Assembly (NCBI GenBank): GCA_035530075.1
Contig: DATKVM010000005.1
Coordinates: 231,006 to 295,005 of the forward strand
DNA from: Patescibacteria group bacterium
Lineage (GTDB): Bacteria > Patescibacteriota > Microgenomatia > UM-FILTER-40-11
DNA: 64,000 bases
Direction of reading: 5' to 3'
The position numbers and the translations under genes were made by a program. Under the pieces are notes generated by a model. That model was not told the origin of the DNA. It saw only the letters and a list, made by a program, of their open reading frames with translations, and did no database searches. This document shows positions 34,271-44,473 of this stretch, one piece after another. Position 1 is the first letter of the stretch; every line of letters starts with the position of its first letter.

Positions 34271-35746
34271 ATGGCCCAAGGTGATGTTTATGCTCCCGAT
34301 TTTCCTCGGAACAGTATCTGGCTTAACAGTCAAAGACCGCTTACCTTAGCTGACTTGCGGGGCCAGGTGGTTTTGCTGGACTTTTGGACTTATTGCTGTG
34401 TTAACTGCCTTCATATTCTCCCTGACCTAAAGTATCTGGAAGAAAGATATCGGCAGGAGCCTTTCTTAGTGATTGGGGTTCATTCGGCCAAGTTTTTTAA
34501 TGAGCAGAATATTAAGAACATTCAATCGGCCATCGAACGCTATGAAATCAAGCACCCGGTGGTGGTCGACAATAACCATATTATTTGGGAATCTTACGGC
34601 ATTTCCGCCTGGCCCAGCTTTGTTTTAATTGACGCCGCCGGCCGAATCCGGGGGGCCCTTTCCGGCGAAGGTCACCGCTTGAAACTGGATACCGTCATTG
34701 GCCAGCTCTTAGAAGAGGGGAGAAGCGAGGGAATTTCTGCTCCCGGTCCTCTTTTAGTAACGGAAAAGATTGTTTGCCAAGAAACCACCCTCTCTTTTCC
34801 GGGGAAAATTACTCTGGATGAGGTAGGCAAACATCTTTTTGTCGCCGATTCTAATCATCATCGGATTCTCCTTTGTCATTTTCATTCTCCTACTCAAGCC
34901 CATCTGCTTTCGGTAATTGGCTCGGGAGAAAGGGGGAATAAAGACGGCTCTTTTGCCGAGGCTTCTTTTTGCCAACCCCAGGGACTTTGTTTAGTGGATA
35001 ACTTCCTTTATGTTTGCGATAGCGGTAATCACCTTTTACGGCGAGTGGATTTAGAAAACCAAACGGTTAAAACTATCACGCCGGCCGGTCGCTTGCGTTC
35101 CCCTTGGGATTTAGATTATGCGGAGGGCTATCTTTATGTTGCGGTTGCGGGGAGCCATCAAATTTGGAGCTATCATTTGGCGGATTCTTCTTTAGCAGTT
35201 TTTGCCGGCAGCGGGATAGAAAATTTACTGGACGGCAATCTTTTTGCCGCTCACTTAGCTCAACCCAGCGGCTTGAGCGTCAACGAGGAGAGAATTTATT
35301 TTGTTGATAGTGAGGCTTCCGCTTTGCGGATGATTGATTTACGGACTGATGAGGTTACCACTCTTATTGGCCGGGGACTTTTTGATTTTGGTTATCGTGA
35401 CGGCCCTTTCGGTCAAGCCCTCTTGCAACACCCGCAAGGGATTTTTGCCGCTCAGGAGAAAATTTATTTGGCGGATACTTATAATCAGGCGATTCGAGAA
35501 GCAAATTTAGTCAAAAGAGAGATTACGACCTTAGTTGGTCGAGAAGAAAACGCTCGTCTTTGCTTAGCCGACAGTCAAGCTTGTGAAATTTTGCCTTTAT
35601 TCGAACCTAATGATGTTAAACTCAAAAGCCCTTTTCTCTATCTTGCCGATACTAATAACCATTTAATTCGGGCTTTCAATCTTTCAAAGGGCGAGCTGTC
35701 GACCGTTGAGCTAAGCACCGCTCCTTTTCTAACTCGCCCTCGCTAA
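34271..35746 (+). CDS. Thioredoxin-like (TlpA/redoxin CxxC) domain fused to NHL-repeat beta-propeller
   Basis: 'VVLLDFWTYCCVNCLHILP' (CxxC) and a C-terminus with repeated 'LYVADSGNHLIR'-type NHL motifs. 491 aa. Confidence 0.65.
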   Translation: MAQGDVYAPDFPRNSIWLNSQRPLTLADLRGQVVLLDFWTYCCVNCLHILPDLKYLEERYRQEPFLVIGVHSAKFFNEQNIKNIQSAIERYEIKHPVVVDNNHIIWESYGISAWPSFVLIDAAGRIRGALSGEGHRLKLDTVIGQLLEEGRSEGISAPGPLLVTEKIVCQETTLSFPGKITLDEVGKHLFVADSNHHRILLCHFHSPTQAHLLSVIGSGERGNKDGSFAEASFCQPQGLCLVDNFLYVCDSGNHLLRRVDLENQTVKTITPAGRLRSPWDLDYAEGYLYVAVAGSHQIWSYHLADSSLAVFAGSGIENLLDGNLFAAHLAQPSGLSVNEERIYFVDSEASALRMIDLRTDEVTTLIGRGLFDFGYRDGPFGQALLQHPQGIFAAQEKIYLADTYNQAIREANLVKREITTLVGREENARLCLADSQACEILPLFEPNDVKLKSPFLYLADTNNHLIRAFNLSKGELSTVELSTAPFLTRPR

Positions 35747-35865
35747 CTTACAGGACTCATACCTGACTTTTACGGTGTCTTTAAGCCTAGGGAATAAATT
35801 TTTCCTAAGTAGCTGGAGTGATTTTAGCTGTAAATTCAACTACAAAAAGGGGGAGGTGAAGATTA

Positions 35866-36084
35866 ATGGATAGATTGAATTTCCTTGATTGGCTGTCTAT
35901 AATTTTAGTTATTATTGGGGCGCTCAATTGGGGATCCATTGGCCTTTTTGATTATAGCTTTGTCGCCGCCATTTTTGGGATAATGACGACAATTACTCGG
36001 GTAATTTATATCTTGGTTGGTCTGGCCGGTCTTTATATTATCTTTGCTTCCCCCGGTTGGACCAGACATCGGGGGGGTAGTTAA
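35866..36084 (+). CDS. DUF378-family small membrane protein
   Basis: 'LDWLSIILVIIGALNWGSIGLFDYSFVAAIFG' matches the DUF378 pattern. Confidence 0.5.
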   Translation: MDRLNFLDWLSIILVIIGALNWGSIGLFDYSFVAAIFGIMTTITRVIYILVGLAGLYIIFASPGWTRHRGGS

Positions 36085-36090
36085 AATAAA

Positions 36091-36360
36091 GTGAATAATT
36101 GGTCTCAGCCACTAAGTTTTCTTGGGCCGATACTTTTTTGGTTGGTCTTAATTTGGTCTCTGATTTGGAAGGGTTTGGCTTTTTGGAAAGCGGTTGTCAA
36201 GCATCAGGTTCTTTGGTTCGGGATTTTCTTGGGAGTTAATACTTTAGGGATATTGGAGATTCTATATCTTTTCTGGTTAGCCCGTTTCCCGATTATTGAT
36301 AATGAAAAAGTTTTAGGTTTCTTGAACGATCGGGTTGGCGAGAAAGTGAAAACCGCCTAA
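36091..36360 (+). CDS. Small membrane protein (hypothetical)
   Basis: 89 aa, two TM helices. Confidence 0.35.
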   Translation: MNNWSQPLSFLGPILFWLVLIWSLIWKGLAFWKAVVKHQVLWFGIFLGVNTLGILEILYLFWLARFPIIDNEKVLGFLNDRVGEKVKTA

Positions 36361-36504
36361 TTTCTTTCTATCTTTCGTCTTGCTCGCACTATTTTAGACG
36401 AACCCTTGGAGATTTCGGTAACGATGAGTTCATTATGGAGGTTCAGGAGAGTATTTGCGATTGGTATTGCCAGCGGAAAAGAGTCATTATAAACTGGATA
36501 CTTA

Positions 36505-38046
36505 ATGGTTAAGGCGAAAGGCTTTGATACCGAGAAGTACTTAACCCTTCAGAAGAAGGCAATTGAAGAAAGGTTAAGTCATTTTTCCGGCCGGCTCTAT
36601 TTGGAATTTGGCGGCAAACTCCTTGACGATTTCCACGCGGCTCGAACTCTACCCGGCTATGATCCCAATGCCAAACTGATGCTTTTACAGAGTTTAAAGA
36701 AAGACTTGGGAGTTTTGTATTGCATCTCGGCTAAACAATTAAGTAATGGTAAGGTCAGGGGGGATTGGGGAGTAGGCTATGACTTGGCCACGATTAAGAT
36801 TTTGGAAGATTTGGAGAAATACCACCTGCTTCTTTTAGGCGTCGTCATTAACCGTTTTGAAGGCGAAGCGGAAGCCAATAACTTCGAGCGGCGGCTAAAG
36901 AGAATGGGGGTTAAAGTTTATAAACGCCGGGAGATTAAGGGTTACCCTAACAATTTGGCTTTAATTTTGAGTGGCGAAGGTTATGGCGGTGACGATTATA
37001 TTCCAACCGACAAGGTGTTGGTAGTGGTCTGGGGAGCCGGCCCAGGGGCCGGCAAGCTCTCGACTTGTCTGGGCCAAATTTATAATGATAACCAGAGAGG
37101 GATTGATTCAGGCTATGCTAAGTTTGAGACCTTCCCCGTTTGGGATTTACCCCTTGAGCACCCCATTAACGTTGCCTACGAAGCGTCAACCGCGGATTTA
37201 GGCGACTTTAATGTAATCGATACTTTTCATCTTCAGGCTTATAAGAAGGTGGCGGTGAACTATAATCGCGACGTTGAGTCTTTCCCTATCATTCGAACTA
37301 TTTTTAGCCAGATTACTAGTCACAAAAGTTATTCCCGCGAATATCGTTCACCTACTGATATGGGTTTCAATGTGTTGAGGCGGGGGATAATTAATGACAA
37401 AGTGGTCAGGGAGGCCGCCAAAAGAGAAATTAACTTCTACCTTTTTCGGTATCGGGAAGAGTATAAAAAGGGTTTAGTCTCAGAGAAGATTTTGGAGCGA
37501 ATGGCTAACCTGATGCACCGCGTCGGCATAAAGGAAGATTTTTTCCCAACGGTTCCCGCCGCCCGACAGGCTAGGGAAGGGGCTAGGAGAAAGAGAGGTA
37601 GGGGGGAGAAAGGGATTTATTGCGGAGCGGCGATTGAGCTGCCTTCTGGCTTAATTATCACTGGCAAGAACTCTCCCTCTCTTCATGCCGAAGCGGCGGT
37701 AATTCTTAATGCCATTAAAACTTTGGCCAGGGTTGACGACGAGTTTGAACTAATTTCCTTTTCCGTGATTAAGTCAATAAACAATCTTAAAGAGCAAATC
37801 GGGGAGCCATCACTTAGCTTAAATTGTTCTGAGGCACTCTTGGCGTTGGCTGTCTCCTCTCAAACTAATCCCTTAGCCAAGAAGGCGCAAAAATTTCTCT
37901 CGGTGCTGCGAGGTTGTTTCCTACACACCACCCACCGCCCGGCTACGGCTGATGAGGGGATATTTAGAAAGCTAGGGATTTGGGTTTCCACTGACGGCCT
38001 GGTAGAGAAAGTTGGCCGGACGGCGGCGGATGAGATTAACGGCTAA
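36505..38046 (+). CDS. UPF0371/DUF1846-family protein
   Basis: N-terminal 'EKYLTLQKKAIEERLSHFSGRLYLEFGGKLLDDFHAARTLPGYDPNAK' resembles UPF0371 proteins as I remember them from Firmicutes. 513 aa. Confidence 0.45.
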   Translation: MVKAKGFDTEKYLTLQKKAIEERLSHFSGRLYLEFGGKLLDDFHAARTLPGYDPNAKLMLLQSLKKDLGVLYCISAKQLSNGKVRGDWGVGYDLATIKILEDLEKYHLLLLGVVINRFEGEAEANNFERRLKRMGVKVYKRREIKGYPNNLALILSGEGYGGDDYIPTDKVLVVVWGAGPGAGKLSTCLGQIYNDNQRGIDSGYAKFETFPVWDLPLEHPINVAYEASTADLGDFNVIDTFHLQAYKKVAVNYNRDVESFPIIRTIFSQITSHKSYSREYRSPTDMGFNVLRRGIINDKVVREAAKREINFYLFRYREEYKKGLVSEKILERMANLMHRVGIKEDFFPTVPAARQAREGARRKRGRGEKGIYCGAAIELPSGLIITGKNSPSLHAEAAVILNAIKTLARVDDEFELISFSVIKSINNLKEQIGEPSLSLNCSEALLALAVSSQTNPLAKKAQKFLSVLRGCFLHTTHRPATADEGIFRKLGIWVSTDGLVEKVGRTAADEING

Positions 38047-38123
38047 GGGTGTTTTGCTTGATTCTTACCTTCTCCTTGCTCCCTTTTAACCACCTTGTTA
38101 ATCAAGGTTTCTAGCCTTAGTGG

Positions 38124-38774
38124 ATGAGGATGATTTTTTTGGTGACAACCTTACTACTTTTGGTGGGTTTGGGAGCGGTGGCAGTCCACAACTTCTGGGG
38201 CGAAAAGACCCTGGTCGATATCCAAATTCTCCCCGACCAATTAACTCCGGTGGCAACCCCGGCAGTTTCCTTAATGCCGACCCTGGAAGTAACCGTTACC
38301 GCCGACTGGAAAACATTTAAAAGTGAAGACCAAAGTTTTCGCTTCCGTTATCCGCCTGCTTGGCAAATAGTGGAAACCTCGCCGTTATCACCACAAAGTG
38401 GGAAGAATTTTTTGGGGGTCGTCGTGCAATCATGGGCTTTGACCAATTTTCCTCCAGAAAGCAATTCGCCCGCAGAAGAAACGGTTAAAATCGATTTTGA
38501 AATTTCCACTGAAGGTAAAAAAGAATCGTTGGGGAGCTTACTCGATTGTGACAGTCCCAATATTATCGAGTGTAAAAACCTCGACATTAATGGTGTGACC
38601 TACAAGAAAATGGTGACCAAAAATCAAAAAGGGGCGGAAAATGTTGTTTTAGCGACAGTGAAAGACGACCGAATCTACCGCATCTCTGGCACTGTTAATA
38701 TTGAGAAAAATGAAAGCGGCAAGCGGCAAATGGAAGAAGTAATGGGTACTTTTGAAATCTTGCAGTCCAGCTGA
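38124..38774 (+). CDS. Hypothetical secreted protein
   Basis: 216 aa with an N-terminal signal/TM ('MRMIFLVTTLLLLVGLGAVAV'). Confidence 0.4.
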   Translation: MRMIFLVTTLLLLVGLGAVAVHNFWGEKTLVDIQILPDQLTPVATPAVSLMPTLEVTVTADWKTFKSEDQSFRFRYPPAWQIVETSPLSPQSGKNFLGVVVQSWALTNFPPESNSPAEETVKIDFEISTEGKKESLGSLLDCDSPNIIECKNLDINGVTYKKMVTKNQKGAENVVLATVKDDRIYRISGTVNIEKNESGKRQMEEVMGTFEILQSS

Positions 38775-38858
38775 GCTTTTCTTTCCGGATTAAGTCTTTC
38801 TCGTCGACCAAAGAAGATGCCGTCTTTCCGGCATCCTCTTTAGATGGTAGCTCTTTGG

Positions 38859-39281
38859 TTAGTAACCCCGTCCGCCTCCTCTGGGTGCCGGCGGTGCTGC
38901 TTCTTCCAAACGGCGACCGGGTTCTTCAACCACAATATCGCTGTTTACATCCACGACCCCTCGGCTCCAAAAAGCGTCAGCGTAAACTAGGGGTTTACTG
39001 CGTCGATTGCGAACCGTCCCTGAAAGGTTAACTACCCCGTTTCTGACATCAATCCGAATGGCATTGACATCGCTTTGGGGAATATAAGGATCAGCGGCAA
39101 CGGTATCGGCCACCAAGTCCTTAATCTCGTTATCTTCCAAGATTAAATCGCGGTTATAATCATAAAGGTCGGTGTAATCAAAGCCGTAAGGATAACCGGC
39201 GCCTCCCCACGGTGGTCCCCATGGGCCAGACGCCCAAGGCCCCATTCCTCCCCCCCAATAACCTGGATACATCTGCCTCAC
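38859..39281 (-). CDS. BON-domain protein with a Trp/Gly/Pro-rich N-terminus
   Basis: 'IRIDVRNGVVNLSGTVRNRRSK' is BON-like. N-terminus 'YPGYWGGGMGPWASGPWGPPWGGAGYPYG'. Confidence 0.45.
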   Translation of the reverse strand: MRQMYPGYWGGGMGPWASGPWGPPWGGAGYPYGFDYTDLYDYNRDLILEDNEIKDLVADTVAADPYIPQSDVNAIRIDVRNGVVNLSGTVRNRRSKPLVYADAFWSRGVVDVNSDIVVEEPGRRLEEAAPPAPRGGGRGY

Positions 39282-39379
39282 CTCCTTCCTGGTTAGACTA
39301 AAGACAAACTAACATTGGGCTTTTAAGCGCCTTTGATAAGGCGGTAAGAGCTGGGTAAGAGATTTTGAAAGTAAAGCAT

Positions 39380-39751
39380 TTAGATTAGATGGGCTAACTT
39401 AATCTCATTGCGGACATCGGCGATGCCCACCGCTTCCAGGGCGTTTAGGTAAGCTTGAACTTTGCTTTGCCGATAGCGGACAGTCCCGCTAAGACGGGCG
39501 ATTTTATCTTGGACATCGACCGTGATTTTCTCTTTATCCGGTCGAGGAATTCGGGGATCATCATAAAGGCTGGCAATAATATTTTGTCTTAAATCTTCAT
39601 CATCCAAAAGCTGTAAATCAAGGGCGCTGTAATTAGAGCAGGTCCCTTCCGGATAAGAGTTAAAGGGAAAGGAATATAAATGAGCGGCGGGTGGGGGCCA
39701 GACCCACGAGGGACCGGGATAGCCCCAATATCCCCAATGATAACCAATCAT
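39380..39751 (-). CDS. BON-domain protein paralog (start at internal Met 'MIGYHWGYWGYPGPSW')
   Basis: 'ITVDVQDKIARLSGTVRYRQSK' is BON-like with a similar aromatic/Gly/Pro N-terminus. The longer upstream extension to 40030 overlaps the GH5 gene and is rejected. Confidence 0.45.
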   Translation of the reverse strand: MIGYHWGYWGYPGPSWVWPPPAAHLYSFPFNSYPEGTCSNYSALDLQLLDDEDLRQNIIASLYDDPRIPRPDKEKITVDVQDKIARLSGTVRYRQSKVQAYLNALEAVGIADVRNEIKLAHLI

Positions 39752-39902
39752 TACTCTCTCCTTTCCGTCTTTAAGACTAGCAAGCTTACCCAGAGGCAGA
39801 GTGAGGGGAGGGTAAGACTTAAGTAAGGGCTTGGGAAAAAGAGACAAAAATTGGGAAGTTCTATGCTTGACAGAAGAAATTGAAGTGCTACAATGCCGTT
39901 CA

Positions 39903-41513
39903 TCAATGTTTGGCAAGGAAAATTCCGACTGCCCGGGAAAAGAAAAGACTAACCTCCGGGCCAGACAAATTAGGACCTTAATTATTGTCTTCCTGCTGGC
40001 CCTCGTTGTGGCCGGGAAACTTTCCGCCATTGAGGCGGCCGGTCCTTATTCTCCCTCTGAGGTGCCTTTGGGTCGAACTATCCCCGCTTTAGCTCAAACC
40101 GAGCGAAAGCTTAATCTTTGGCAGAGGGATTTAGCGTTAGAATTTCCTCAAGTGAAAAGTAATCTCCAGACAGAATTAAGCGCTTTCTCGATTAATGCTC
40201 GCCAACGGCTTAAATCCTTGTTTGATCAACTTTCTGAGCGTTTTTTCCAGCGGTTTCTCGAAAAAGCTTCCCCCCGGCTGATTATTGTGAATCCCAACCC
40301 GGAGCCAACCCCATTACCGATTTCATTAACGCCGACGCCGACCTATGCTATCTCGCCAACGCCAACGCCGACAGTTACGCCAACGGTCGTGCCGACAACT
40401 ACTCCTGTCGCTCCGACGCCGACGGTGACCCCGATCCTGCCAACCGCCAGTCCTAACCAAGCGCCAGTTCCGGTTAGTGGGTATAGCGTCTCCGGAGGAG
40501 TGATTAAGGGAAATGGCCAGCCAATTGCCTTAAATGGTGTAAACTGGTTTGGTTTTGAAACGGCTAATAATGTGGTGCATGGTCTCTGGTCGCGTAATTA
40601 TAAGGAAATGATTGGTCAGATGAAGGAAGCGGGTTTCAATGCCCTGCGGATTCCCTTTTGTCCAAACACTCTTACCAACGGCAGTGTTTCCGGTATCGAT
40701 TATAGTCAAAATCCGGACTTGGAAGGCCTGGGGAGCTTGGAAATATTAGATAAGATTGCGGAGGAGCTTAATCGTCAAGGAATGTATTTCGTCTTAGACC
40801 ACCACCGGCCGGATTGTAACGCCATTTCCGAGCTACCCACTACTGGTAGTTATTCAGAATCAGCTTGGATTGCCGACTTAGTCACAATGGCCAAACGCTA
40901 TCAGAGATTTCCTAACTTTTTTGGGATGGATTTAAAGAACGAACCTCACGGGGCGGCTACTTGGGGTACCGGTGACGGGACTGATTGGAAACTGGCGGCA
41001 GAGAAAGCCGGTCGGGCGGTCTTGGCCGCCGACCCCAATATTCTAATTTTCGTCGAGGGAATCCAGAATAATTCTTCTTGCTCCGACAATTCAATTGCTC
41101 ATTGGTGGGGTGGCAATTTGGAACCGCAGGCTTGTTATCCGATTGACCTGCCGACAGAAAAGCTTGTTCTTTCCCCCCACGCTTACGGCCCAGATGTTTA
41201 TCCCCAAGACTATTTTAATGCCGCCAACTTTCCCAATAATTTACCTGCGATTTGGGAAAAGCACTTTGGCTTTTTAGCGGGAAAATATGCCTTGGCGATT
41301 GGAGAATGGGGAGGACGATATCAAGGCAAAGACGCTGTTTGGCAAAATGCCTTCGTTGATTATTTGGCCAAAAAGGGTATTTGCAATAGTTTTTATTGGA
41401 GTTGGAACCCTAATTCGGGTGACACGGGTGGAGTTTTACAGGATGACTGGCGAACTCTGCGCCAAGATAAGGTTGAGATGCTGCGTAATTATGCCAACCG
41501 CTGTCAGCCATAA
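39903..41513 (+). CDS. Glycoside hydrolase family 5 (cellulase-like) with signal/TM and a Pro/Thr-rich linker
   Basis: Linker 'PTPTYAISPTPTPTVTPTVVPTTTPVAPTPTVTP'. Catalytic region 'MDLKNEPHG' (acid/base NEP) and 'AIGEWGG' (nucleophile). The start is chosen at Met 'MFGKENS' to avoid overlap. Confidence 0.7.
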   Translation, partial: SMFGKENSDCPGKEKTNLRARQIRTLIIVFLLALVVAGKLSAIEAAGPYSPSEVPLGRTIPALAQTERKLNLWQRDLALEFPQVKSNLQTELSAFSINARQRLKSLFDQLSERFFQRFLEKASPRLIIVNPNPEPTPLPISLTPTPTYAISPTPTPTVTPTVVPTTTPVAPTPTVTPILPTASPNQAPVPVSGYSVSGGVIKGNGQPIALNGVNWFGFETANNVVHGLWSRNYKEMIGQMKEAGFNALRIPFCPNTLTNGSVSGIDYSQNPDLEGLGSLEILDKIAEELNRQGMYFVLDHHRPDCNAISELPTTGSYSESAWIADLVTMAKRYQRFPNFFGMDLKNEPHGAATWGTGDGTDWKLAAEKAGRAVLAADPNILIFVEGIQNNSSCSDNSIAHWWGGNLEPQACYPIDLPTEKLVLSPHAYGPDVYPQDYFNAANFPNNLPAIWEKHFGFLAGKYALAIGEWGGRYQGKDAVWQNAFVDYLAKKGICNSFYWSWNPNSGDTGGVLQDDWRTLRQDKVEMLRNYANRCQP

Positions 41514-41580
41514 GCCTTTTCTCGCCCGATTCTTACCCTCCTCTTACTTTCGCTTGTCTTTTCTTCTTTAGTCTTTAACG

Positions 41581-41820
41581 ATGACGTCTTTGGATGTTCT
41601 TTACTATGCTTTAGCGGGAGGGTTTTTAGTCTTTGTCGGTTTTGTTTCTTTTGTTCTTTATCGGCTAGGAATAGCCCTGATAACCCTTAATCAGGTCCTG
41701 GGAGAGATAGAAGATGTTATGCGGGACATTGATGCCGCTAAAAACTTCCTGAAAGTGGGGGTTTTAGGAATGATTGGTCGGATTTTAGGTGGCGGGCAGA
41801 AAGGAGGTGGCGGTCGATGA
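41581..41820 (+). CDS. Small membrane protein (hypothetical)
   Basis: 79 aa; overlaps the next ORF by 4 nt. Confidence 0.35.
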   Translation: MTSLDVLYYALAGGFLVFVGFVSFVLYRLGIALITLNQVLGEIEDVMRDIDAAKNFLKVGVLGMIGRILGGGQKGGGGR

Positions 41821-42086
41821 GCGATTATCGTCAAGGAGGGAAAAATGGAGGAGGGATGCTGATAACTCTTCTGGTCGGTATGGCGCTGGGGGCGGCAGCC
41901 GTGGTTTTGAGCAACCGAGAAATGCGAGAGGAGTTAATGGGCCGACTCGAGGATTTGAGGAAGAGAGGAGAGCGTAAAGTCGAAGAAGCAAAAAAAGAGC
42001 TGGAGGAAGCAGGCGCTAAAGGTCGGAAAAAGGCGGCGGAAGAGTTAGAAAAAGCTAAAAAAGAAGCTGGGTCTCCCCGGCACTGA
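41817..42086 (+). CDS. YtxH/DUF948-like small protein (TM plus charged coiled-coil)
   Basis: 'MLITLLVGMALGAAAVVL' followed by a Lys/Glu-rich helix. Confidence 0.4.
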   Translation: MSDYRQGGKNGGGMLITLLVGMALGAAAVVLSNREMREELMGRLEDLRKRGERKVEEAKKELEEAGAKGRKKAAEELEKAKKEAGSPRH

Positions 42087-42167
42087 TTTTGCAATTTACG
42101 GCTGACGGTCGCGAAATTTGGCCTGATAAGCTATACTACGGCATCGTCTACATATTGACGGCGCATT

Positions 42168-43634
42168 ATGGTTAATCCTGTTTCTTCCCGAAAAGAGAAA
42201 TTCTCTCTCCCTTCTTCCCAGAAAGCGGAAGAACGCTTTTTTTTGGCTCAAGAACTTTCTCTTGACGGTTTTGCCATTCTTCGGCCCAAACGTCAGAACG
42301 GGAAAATCATTGATTTTGTTTGGGATTATGCTAATCCAGCGGCTCACCGGTTGTTGCGGCAGAAAAATTTGTTGGGCAAAGATTTCGCGGCCACTTTGCC
42401 CATAACGGAGAAGAGTGGGCTTTTAAGGGACTTTGTCAAAGTGATGGAGTCGAATCAATCCTCTGAGGGGGAGATTGCTTATCGGACGGCTAAAGTCTCT
42501 GGTTGGTTTCAATTAACGGTCATTAAACTGGAAGATCAGCTGGCGCTTTCTTTCCGGGATATTACCGAAAGGAAGCTTTGGGAGGAAAGCTTAAGACAAA
42601 GCGAAGCCCGCTTTAAAATTATTACCGAGTCAAATATGATTGGCCTTTTTTTCTGGGATGAAACGGGGGCGATTCTGGATGCTAATGACGCGTTTTTAAA
42701 AATTCTCGGTTACGACCGAAAAGCTTTCTTCGAGAAAGAGCCCACTTGGCGGGATTTAACTCCTTCGGAATTCTGGGCCGCGGACGAAAAAGCGATGGCG
42801 GAGATGAAGAAAAGCGGTGTCTGCCAGCCTTTTGAAAAGGAACTGCGCCATAAAAAAGATTTCACTATTCCCGTGCTTTTGGGAGCGGCTAGGTTGACGG
42901 CTATTAATTATGAAGGGGTGGCTTTTGTGGTGGATATTAGTGAAAGAAAAGAAATGGAGAAACAACGAGAAATTTTCCTGGGCCACGAACTAAAAACGCC
43001 GTTGGCGGCCATTAAGGGCTTTGCCCAACTAGTGTTTAAGCGATTGGAAAAAACGGCCGACCAGGAAACCCTTTCCTACCTTTCACGGATTAACGGTAAA
43101 GTTGATAGTTTAGCGCAATTAATCAGCGATTTAACTGATTTAACCCGGATTCGGGCTGACCAGCTGGAGTTTCGGGAAGAGGTTTTTGATTTTGACGCCC
43201 TGACTAGAGAAGTAATTGCCGATTGTCAGGCAATCGCGCCTAATCATCAGCTTATCCTGGAAGGGAAGACCAATCAATTTATCTTCGCCGATAAATCCCG
43301 AATTGGTCAAGTGTTGACCAACCTTCTTTCTAATGCTGTTAAATACTCGCCCAGAGCAAAAAAGGTAATTATTCGGCTTAACCGCGATAAGAACCATCTT
43401 CTTGTTTTCATTCAAGATTTCGGCTTCGGTATTTCCCAAGAAGACCAAGAAAAGATTTTTCAGCCCTTTTTTCGCTCCGCCCTTTCCAAAAACGAAGTCA
43501 ATGGAGTAGGGCTGGGCTTATATATTAGCCGCCAGATTGCCCAGCATTACGGAGGAAACCTCTTGGTTAAAAGCCGGCCTCAGGAAGGGACGACCTTCTC
43601 TTTTTCTCTGCCCATAAGGAAAGGTCACGCTTAA
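42168..43634 (+). CDS. Sensor histidine kinase with PAS domains
   Basis: H-box 'LGHELKTPLAAIKGF'. ATPase N/G boxes 'LLSNAVKYSP', 'DFGFGIS', 'GVGLGLYISRQI'. Confidence 0.8.
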   Translation: MVNPVSSRKEKFSLPSSQKAEERFFLAQELSLDGFAILRPKRQNGKIIDFVWDYANPAAHRLLRQKNLLGKDFAATLPITEKSGLLRDFVKVMESNQSSEGEIAYRTAKVSGWFQLTVIKLEDQLALSFRDITERKLWEESLRQSEARFKIITESNMIGLFFWDETGAILDANDAFLKILGYDRKAFFEKEPTWRDLTPSEFWAADEKAMAEMKKSGVCQPFEKELRHKKDFTIPVLLGAARLTAINYEGVAFVVDISERKEMEKQREIFLGHELKTPLAAIKGFAQLVFKRLEKTADQETLSYLSRINGKVDSLAQLISDLTDLTRIRADQLEFREEVFDFDALTREVIADCQAIAPNHQLILEGKTNQFIFADKSRIGQVLTNLLSNAVKYSPRAKKVIIRLNRDKNHLLVFIQDFGFGISQEDQEKIFQPFFRSALSKNEVNGVGLGLYISRQIAQHYGGNLLVKSRPQEGTTFSFSLPIRKGHA

Positions 43635-44302
43635 TCCTGAATCATATAACCAAAGCCGCGAATGGAATGAAGAAGTTTTTTCTTGAAATTCAAATCAATC
43701 TTTTTTCTTAAATAGCCAACGTAAACATCAACTACTCGGGTTTCGATATCCGGTGAAGAATCCCAGAGGCGGCTCAAAATCATGTCCCGCGTTAGAATTC
43801 GGTCTTTGTTAATCATTAAATAGTGAAGGAGTCTAAACTCCTGGGGGGTGAGTTTAATCAGTTTGCCCGCCCTTTTGACTTCGTGATTGGCGGGATTAAG
43901 TTCTAAATCAGCAATTTTCATTTTGGTTTCATTGCCGGGTAAATTTCTCAGCCGGGTTTTAATTCTGGCCAGAAGCTCGTCTCCATCAAAGGGTTTGGTC
44001 ATATAGTCATCTGCTCCTAAATTCAGACCATGGACAACATTAGGCACACCGTCTTTAGCCGTAAGAATAATGATTGGCAAATGCTGATGGTCTTTTTTAA
44101 TTTGGCCACAGACATTCTCGCCATCAATGTCCGGTAGGCCTAAATCAAGGACCACTAAATCCGGAGCCGTTTTTTTGATTAGATTAAGCGCTTCAATTCC
44201 CCTGGTGGCGGTTTGGACTAAATAACCGTGATCGGTTAATAGTTCTTTTAGAAAATCACGTATGTCTTGGTCGTCTTCAACCGCAAGGATACTTTTCATC
44301 AT
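43631..44302 (-). CDS. OmpR/PhoB-family response regulator
   Basis: Receiver 'ILAVEDDQD...LVVLDLGLPDIDG' and a winged-helix C-terminus 'LTPQEFRLLHYLM...RVVDVYVGYLRKKI'. Confidence 0.85.
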   Translation of the reverse strand: MMKSILAVEDDQDIRDFLKELLTDHGYLVQTATRGIEALNLIKKTAPDLVVLDLGLPDIDGENVCGQIKKDHQHLPIIILTAKDGVPNVVHGLNLGADDYMTKPFDGDELLARIKTRLRNLPGNETKMKIADLELNPANHEVKRAGKLIKLTPQEFRLLHYLMINKDRILTRDMILSRLWDSSPDIETRVVDVYVGYLRKKIDLNFKKKLLHSIRGFGYMIQD

Positions 44303-44473
44303 ATTTTTTACTGCTTTAAACGGTTCTCTCTGGCTCGCTGCTGATTATATTACGCTTTCCTGTCGCTTGCAATCTTTATTACAAAGTTCTTACCGAACTC
44401 TTATAAAAACCTCACGCAAGCAAAATATTATCTTCAATTATTACTATAAATGATAGAAAGGGGGTGAAACGAA

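Noticed and set aside
39752-40030. Long N-terminal extension of the second BON protein (ORF to 40030), and the 39831 start of the GH5 gene
   Set aside because: The two extensions overlap each other on opposite strands. Internal Met starts (39751 and 39903) give compact genes with sensible N-termini.
41785-42094. Overlapping small ORFs 41785-41991 (-), 41789-41977 (+) and 41831-42094 (-)
   Set aside because: They overlap the better-supported YtxH-like gene in other frames and are Arg/Ser/Pro-rich artefacts of a purine-rich coding strand.
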